IMG/VR virus record: IMGVR_UViG_2734482779_000005 | Coordinates: 1 to 42,026 of that record | Strand: one strand, 5' to 3' | DNA: 42,026 bases | Origin: a virus | Lineage: Duplodnaviria > Heunggongvirae > Uroviricota > Caudoviricetes | In this document: positions 37,292 through 42,026 of the stretch, in pieces | How the letters are laid out: each line of letters opens with the position of its first letter | How positions within the stretch are numbered: position 1 is the stretch's first letter | The notes under the pieces: model-generated | The model's input: the letters and a program-made list of their open reading frames with translations, nothing else | The model's database searches: none | What the model was told of the DNA's origin: nothing | Translations under genes and position numbers: made by a program

Positions 37292-37865
37292 CATCCGGCG
37301 CGGTGCTGGTATCTGTTGCCGTCACCGCGTCAATGTAATCCAGCACAGCGTTAAGTCGGGTGGTTTCTGCCTGCGTCAGCTTCCGCCCGGCCTGCAATTT
37401 CAGTTGAATCAGACTGATGGAAGCCATTGCAGTATCAATCAGTGACTGACGCTGTGCTTCTGCCGCGTCTACTGCGGCGCAATGCTGTGCCTCAGTATCG
37501 GTCACCCATTTCTCACCATCCCATTTATCGAATGGCGTTAACGGGGCGATAGTGGTTGTATTTTCAGGGTAATCACCCGGAGCTGTGATTTCTTTTGATT
37601 CTCCTGTTTCAGTGCTATATACCGTTTCACCACGGTGGTCTGGCACATATACCCATGAGTTAAAATCTGCAGAACGGCAGATTACATAACCAGCTTTATA
37701 TGAGTCAGGAGCATCTAAACAGGAGCATGCCGGAATGCCGACACCCACAGCAAGATATTCAGTTGATGTGAAAATATATTCCCGTGTTTCACCATCATAG
37801 TTATATACGGTGATTTCTCCGTTGTTTATTGCGTAGCCGTCTTTCCCCAAAATAGCTTGTTCCAT
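37263..37865 (-). CDS. Alternative tail fibre assembly protein (Tfa', inverted orientation)
   Basis: 200 aa on the opposite strand within the invertible segment; C-terminus …VIWPELPEA is Tfa-like. Confidence 0.65.
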   Translation of the reverse strand: MEQAILGKDGYAINNGEITVYNYDGETREYIFTSTEYLAVGVGIPACSCLDAPDSYKAGYVICRSADFNSWVYVPDHRGETVYSTETGESKEITAPGDYPENTTTIAPLTPFDKWDGEKWVTDTEAQHCAAVDAAEAQRQSLIDTAMASISLIQLKLQAGRKLTQAETTRLNAVLDYIDAVTATDTSTAPDVIWPELPEA

Positions 37866-38333
37866 TTATGCAGTCCTCACAATGTAGTTAAATGCAATGT
37901 TGCGCGGGCGAGATTCATCACCACCGCTTGGCATCGATGTCAGCCCTGATGACGAACCAGTCCATCCATTGGCTGGACGGTTCATAAATCCTTCACCCGA
38001 TGTGTAATATTTCTTCGCGTAGATAGATGTTGTTCCTGGCACGCCACCAGCAGTTCCCCCGACTGCGCCAACGTCATCATGAACGTGCGACAAGTTTTGA
38101 CTGTTTTGATGTGAAAGCAGTGCGCGCCCACTATCGGCACCGCGCCCATCATCCCAGCCACGAATAAACTCACCACGTAAATCAGGCAATTTATTTGTCG
38201 GGTAAGCCTTTGCCAGTTCCGGGTATTCTTCAGGAGAAAAAGCCGCACCATTGCATTTCAGCCAGCCTGTTGGCGGAGTGGCTGAAGGCCACGGAACAGG
38301 CACACCAACGGGTAATGCCGAACCTTCTCCCAA
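37866..38333 (-). CDS. Alternative tail fibre C-terminal segment (promoterless, silent in this orientation)
   Basis: Reading frame continues open into the right crossover site; …PVGVPVPWPSATPPTGWLKCNGAAFSPEEYPELAKAY…LPDLRGEFIRGW… resembles the Mu/P1 fibre variable-domain pattern. Confidence 0.6.
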   Translation of the reverse strand: MGEGSALPVGVPVPWPSATPPTGWLKCNGAAFSPEEYPELAKAYPTNKLPDLRGEFIRGWDDGRGADSGRALLSHQNSQNLSHVHDDVGAVGGTAGGVPGTTSIYAKKYYTSGEGFMNRPANGWTGSSSGLTSMPSGGDESRPRNIAFNYIVRTA

Positions 38334-38409
38334 ACCAACCTTTCAAATATTTTTCTGAATCAGGTGATATTTCGCCTCTTCTCCTGTTTTTACAACAGGA
38401 GAAGCACTC

Positions 38410-38973
38410 ATGATTTACGGGTATGTTCGTGTATCAACAAATCATCAGGATACAGAGTTGCAACGTCTTGCACTTGAGTCAGCTGGCTGTGAGCGAATTT
38501 ATGAAGAATATGCCAGTGGCAGAACAGCTAATCGCCCTGTGTTAAAGGAATTAATTTCGGTGATGAAAAGTGGAGATGAGTTGATTGTCTGGAAGCTAGA
38601 TCGGATAGGGAGAAATGTGCTACATGCGCTATTGATGTTTCAAAATCTGCACGAAAAAGGCGTTAATTTTCGGAGTATTACAGATGGTGTAGACCTGAAA
38701 ACAGCAAGTGGTCGCTATAATTTCCGTAATATTCTTTCTGCTGCGCAGTATGAATCTGATTTGAATAGCGAGCGAACTTTAGCTGGTTTGGCTATTGCCA
38801 GATCCAAAGGCCGGATTGGTGGGCGTAGACCGAAGTTTAGCGACGAGCAGTGGCAACAGATGGGAGCGCTCATAGCGGCAGGGAAATCACGGCGTTATGT
38901 TGCACGTATCTATAACGTTGGGCTATCAACCCTATATAAACGATTTCCTGTTACTGGCATTCAAACGAAATAA
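38410..38973 (+). CDS. pin: Serine DNA invertase (Pin/Gin/Hin/Cin family)
   Basis: 187 aa; N-terminal MIYGYVRVSTNHQDTELQ with catalytic-serine context and C-terminal HTH; adjacent to the invertible segment. Confidence 0.85.
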   Translation: MIYGYVRVSTNHQDTELQRLALESAGCERIYEEYASGRTANRPVLKELISVMKSGDELIVWKLDRIGRNVLHALLMFQNLHEKGVNFRSITDGVDLKTASGRYNFRNILSAAQYESDLNSERTLAGLAIARSKGRIGGRRPKFSDEQWQQMGALIAAGKSRRYVARIYNVGLSTLYKRFPVTGIQTK

Positions 38974-38997
38974 TTTAAAAGCAATTTAAAGAGTTAT

Positions 38998-39040
38998 TTG
39001 TCTAATGTTGGAAGCCGCAGCCACGTCGTATGCAAGAACG
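38998..39040. other. Long stem-loop (agccgcagccacg … cgtgctgcggct) between convergent pin and dinI-like genes; no U-tract
   Basis: Read directly; coordinates approximate; ~12-bp stem with one bulge. Confidence 0.35.
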
Positions 39041-39116
39041 TGCTGCGGCTGGCTGGCGAACTTTCGATAGTGCGAGTATTGAATGATTTCCAGCCGTTAC
39101 CGATTTTACGTGTTAA

Positions 39117-39365
39117 TTAGTGAACAAACCACTCGTCAGCAGATTCCCAGGTATCTTTCAGAGTCTCCTGAACAAAAGTTTTTGCAGAATCCTTATCTGC
39201 GGTGCGTGTAACAGAAAGGCCATCGTTGCTGGTGGCTTTTACGATCACCTCTACATCGTCATAACGTTTACTGATGCGTCGGGTTAATTCTTCCTTTAAC
39301 GCATCCACAGCACCGGTTGGCATTTTAGTCATTTTTTCTTTGGCTATGCAGATTTCAATACGCAT
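39117..39365 (-). CDS. dinI: DinI-like DNA-damage-inducible protein
   Basis: 82 aa; MRIEICIAK…[11 protein letters not shown] parallels E. coli DinI (MRIEVTIAK…TWESADDWFV). Confidence 0.8.
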   Translation of the reverse strand: MRIEICIAKEKMTKMPTGAVDALKEELTRRISKRYDDVEVIVKATSNDGLSVTRTADKDSAKTFVQETLKDTWESADEWFVH

Positions 39366-39380
39366 AAAAGTCCCTCTATA

Positions 39381-39424
39381 CTGTGTTTGTATACAGTATT
39401 ATTTTTAACTGTATGGATAAACAG
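39381..39424. promoter_or_regulatory. Two LexA (SOS) boxes upstream of the dinI-like gene
   Basis: CTGTgtttgtatACAG (39381-39396) and CTGTatggataaACAG (39409-39424), both matching CTGT-N8-ACAG. Confidence 0.65.
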
Positions 39425-39426
39425 TG

Positions 39427-40524
39427 TCAAGAGGTCTTATTTCTGCTCCTTTGGAGCTCTTCAAAACGATTATGTAAAGATTTCGGATACAGTTCGGTAT
39501 ATACCTGCCATAGCACGTTTAATGAACGATGCCCTGTGACCTGGGCGACTTCCTCAATACTAAAACCAGCCTCAAATAAGCGACTTGCCCCTTCTCTACG
39601 CAAATCATGGTATCGCAGATCCTTAATACCTAATTTGCTTCTTACCCTCTGAAATCCCGCAGTAACAGAAGTGCTGTTATATGGAAAAATGAATTCCGAT
39701 TTTTTGGGCTGTCGTTGGACGATATCCCAGGCTTCCCCAAGCAAGGCTACTTTCATGTGGTTGCCTTCCTTTTTGCGTGGATCTTTCCTGTCTCTTACGA
39801 GTATAGATTTTTGTTCCTGGTCGAGATCTTCCCATCGTAACCGGCATACTTCTCCGATCCGCATACAGGACCACACAGAAAATTTGAGGATATCAACGAA
39901 CGGAATTTTTGAGCATTTATGAGTAGATCGTTGTTGAAGGCCTTCAATGAGCATGTCCAGTTCATCAGATGCTGGTCTACGATTACGACGGTTTGATTTA
40001 CCAATCAAACCAAGTTTAAGTAGATATGGGCGAGCGCTTTTCGCCGGGTTTGATGTGTAATTAATTCCGTATACAGGTTTGGCCGCATCCAGAACACTGC
40101 CAAGATAACTAACATCGTGGCTGACTGTTGCTGGACCTGCACCAGCGTTGTTTCTTAGCCTGCAATGTTCAATTACGTCATTTTCTGTCAGTTCAGATAG
40201 TTTGATCGCGGAGATGTCACTATCCATAAGCAGTTCCAGCACATATCTTTTAGTACGGCCTGCTTTACCTCCGGCATTTGGGTCATTTAAATATTTGTGT
40301 AGTAAGTCACGGACTGTAAGTCCGTCAACTGCATTTGATGATGGAATGCCATATAGATCTAATTCCATCACTTTCTGTGTTCCCCATGTTTTGGCATGAG
40401 CATGTTTAGGGAATGTTTTGCTTTCCCTGTAAGTGATAACACCTTTTTCTTTGATAATCACATTACAGCGATAGCGTGGTGTGCCATCGGATTTTAGTCG
40501 TTTCTCTATGTTATAGTACGCCAT
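39427..40524 (-). CDS. int: Tyrosine integrase (dusA-specific class)
   Basis: 365 aa; C-terminal catalytic region …HDLRREGASRLFEAGFSIEEVAQVTGHRSLNVLWQVY… (R/H/R/Y signature); divergent from and adjacent to dusA. Confidence 0.85.
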   Translation of the reverse strand: MAYYNIEKRLKSDGTPRYRCNVIIKEKGVITYRESKTFPKHAHAKTWGTQKVMELDLYGIPSSNAVDGLTVRDLLHKYLNDPNAGGKAGRTKRYVLELLMDSDISAIKLSELTENDVIEHCRLRNNAGAGPATVSHDVSYLGSVLDAAKPVYGINYTSNPAKSARPYLLKLGLIGKSNRRNRRPASDELDMLIEGLQQRSTHKCSKIPFVDILKFSVWSCMRIGEVCRLRWEDLDQEQKSILVRDRKDPRKKEGNHMKVALLGEAWDIVQRQPKKSEFIFPYNSTSVTAGFQRVRSKLGIKDLRYHDLRREGASRLFEAGFSIEEVAQVTGHRSLNVLWQVYTELYPKSLHNRFEELQRSRNKTS

Positions 40525-40612
40525 TACACGACCTCGTTATTTCGGGTTCCCATAAAACGTGGGAACCTGTGCGGGAACCTAACGCGAGAAAAATAGCCTG
40601 AAATGTTCAAAA

Positions 40613-41650
40613 ATGCACGATAATCATGAAACACAAAAAATTAATCAAACCAGCGTGATGCCTGAAAAAACTGGTGTTTACTGGAATTCTCGGTTTAGCA
40701 TTGCTCCTATGCTCGACTGGACGGACAGACATTGCCGCTATTTCTTGCGTCTGCTTTCCCGCAGTACGTTGCTTTATACCGAAATGGTGACCACAGGGGC
40801 GATTATTCACGGTAAAGGTGATTATCTGGCGTACAGTGAAGAAGAACATCCGGTAGCGTTGCAACTAGGCGGTAGCGATCCGGCGGCGCTGGCGCAGTGT
40901 GCAAAGCTGGCAGAAGCGCGCGGATATGATGAGATCAACCTGAATGTCGGCTGCCCGTCTGACCGGGTGCAGAACGGCATGTTTGGTGCGTGTCTGATGG
41001 GTAATGCGCAGCTGGTTGCCGACTGCGTGAAAGCGATGCGCGATGTGGTGTCGATTCCGGTGACGGTGAAAACGCGTATTGGCATCGACGACCAGGACAG
41101 CTATGAATTTCTCTGCGATTTCATCAATACCGTTTCCGGCAAAGGCGAGTGTGAGATGTTCATCATCCACGCACGTAAAGCCTGGCTTTCGGGGTTAAGC
41201 CCGAAAGAAAACCGTGAAATCCCGCCGCTCGATTATCCGCGTGTGTATCAACTGAAGCGTGACTTTCCGCATCTGACAATGTCGATTAACGGTGGTATCA
41301 AGTCGCTGGAAGAGGCCAAAGCACACCTGCAACATATGGATGGCGTGATGGTCGGGCGCGAGGCGTATCAGAATCCGGGTATTCTGGCGGCGGTAGACCG
41401 GGAGATCTTTGGTTCCTCGGATACCGATGCCGATCCGGTGGCGGTAGTGCGCGCCATGTATCCGTACATTGAGCGTGAACTCAGCCAGGGGACGTATCTC
41501 GGCCATATTACCCGGCATATGCTGGGTTTGTTCCAGGGTATTCCTGGCGCGCGGCAGTGGCGGCGTTATTTAAGTGAAAATGCCCATAAAGCGGGTGCTG
41601 ACATTAACGTGCTGGAACACGCGCTCAAACTGGTGGCGGATAAGCGTTAA
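40613..41650 (+). CDS. dusA: tRNA-dihydrouridine synthase A (5' end supplied by the prophage)
   Basis: 345 aa; …NLNVGCPS… and TIM-barrel Dus family features; a second divergent copy of its first ~40 codons lies at 1071-1193. Confidence 0.9.
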   Translation: MHDNHETQKINQTSVMPEKTGVYWNSRFSIAPMLDWTDRHCRYFLRLLSRSTLLYTEMVTTGAIIHGKGDYLAYSEEEHPVALQLGGSDPAALAQCAKLAEARGYDEINLNVGCPSDRVQNGMFGACLMGNAQLVADCVKAMRDVVSIPVTVKTRIGIDDQDSYEFLCDFINTVSGKGECEMFIIHARKAWLSGLSPKENREIPPLDYPRVYQLKRDFPHLTMSINGGIKSLEEAKAHLQHMDGVMVGREAYQNPGILAAVDREIFGSSDTDADPVAVVRAMYPYIERELSQGTYLGHITRHMLGLFQGIPGARQWRRYLSENAHKAGADINVLEHALKLVADKR

Positions 41651-41732
41651 CTTTTCACCAAAAAGTAGTCAAATTCACCACGCCCTGCGCACCGTCGCGG
41701 GGCGTTTTGCTGTTAAATCAATAGATTATTTT

Positions 41733-41750
41733 TGGCATGATTCTTGTAAT
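41733..41750 (+). promoter_or_regulatory. Candidate sigma-54 promoter of pspG (TGGCATGATTCTTGTAAT)
   Basis: GG and TTGT elements with spacing like the pspA promoter TGGCACGCAAATTGT as I recall; about 35 nt upstream of the pspG start. Confidence 0.4.
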
Positions 41751-41783
41751 GCCAGCAAGAGATTTCATATTTGGGAGAGCATC

Positions 41784-42026
41784 ATGCTGGAACTACTTTT
41801 TGTGATTGGCTTTTTTGTCATGCTGATGGTCACCGGCGTTTCGTTGCTGGGCATTATCGCCGCGCTGGTTGTGGCGACGGCCATTATGTTCCTCGGCGGT
41901 ATGCTGGCATTGATGATTAAGTTGCTGCCGTGGTTACTACTGGCGATTGCGGTGGTGTGGGTTATTAAGGCGATTAAAGCACCAAAAATGCCGAAATATC
42001 AGCGTTATGACCGCTGGCGTTACTAA
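41784..42026 (+). CDS. pspG: Phage shock protein G (80 aa, membrane)
   Basis: MLELLFVIGFFVMLMVTGVSLLGIIAALVVATAIMFLGG…; ATG 41784 (the track ORF starts further upstream in frame); location after dusA as in E. coli. Confidence 0.75.
   Translation: MLELLFVIGFFVMLMVTGVSLLGIIAALVVATAIMFLGGMLALMIKLLPWLLLAIAVVWVIKAIKAPKMPKYQRYDRWRY

Larger units (their letters stand above)
36490..38338. other. Invertible DNA segment (G/P-segment-like tail-fibre host-range switch)
   Basis: Bounded by inverted crossover sites sharing the 15-bp core TTGGTTTGGGAGAAG (36490-36504) and its reverse complement (38324-38338); contains two alternative fibre C-termini and two tfa genes in opposite orientations; invertase gene adjacent. 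Confidence 0.75.
1071..40740. mobile_element. Integrated prophage (dusA-targeting; lambdoid regulation, HK97-like head, Mu-like contractile tail), about 39.5 kb
   Basis: Bounded by the two dusA 5'-end copies (1071-1193 and 40613-~40740); tyrosine integrase adjacent to the right copy; full complement of phage regulatory, lysis, head and tail genes between. Exact crossover point within the ~120-bp homology is not determinable by eye. Confidence 0.8.

Noticed and set aside
1-42026. CRISPR arrays, tRNA/tmRNA genes, or IS elements
   Set aside because: No regularly spaced short direct repeats with unique spacers, no tRNA-like T-arm/CCA features found by eye, no transposase-like ORFs or terminal inverted repeats; integration is into a protein-coding gene rather than a tRNA. 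A proper scan (tRNAscan, ISfinder, CRISPR detection) was not possible.

Overview
The window is an integrated prophage of about 39.5 kb in an Enterobacteriaceae (E. coli-like) chromosome, inserted into the 5' end of the host dusA gene. All calls are from reading the sequence and ORF track and from remembered protein families; no database search was run. Host flank: a yjbM-like gene (1-708) and a displaced dusA 5' remnant (1071-1193) on the left; the integrase (39427-40524, minus) abuts an intact dusA (40613-41650) followed by pspG on the right. The prophage is mosaic: a lambdoid regulatory/replication module (CI-like repressor, Cro-like, O-like initiator with iterons, Dam methylase, RusA, antiterminator Q), a lambda-type lysis cassette, an HK97-type head module, a Mu-like contractile tail, and an e14/Mu-type invertible tail-fibre switch with a Pin-family invertase, plus a LexA-box-controlled dinI-like gene. 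The most interesting feature is an AT-rich two-gene cassette on the opposite strand between Q and the lysis genes (15426-16838): a 313-aa soluble protein plus a 4-TM membrane protein, which I read as a candidate RexA/RexB-like exclusion module at a non-canonical locus. Other items worth checking are a -1 frameshift in the tail chaperone, a signal-peptide moron in the tail module, a long inverted repeat in an N-less early-left leader, and ambiguous coding at 9448-10284.
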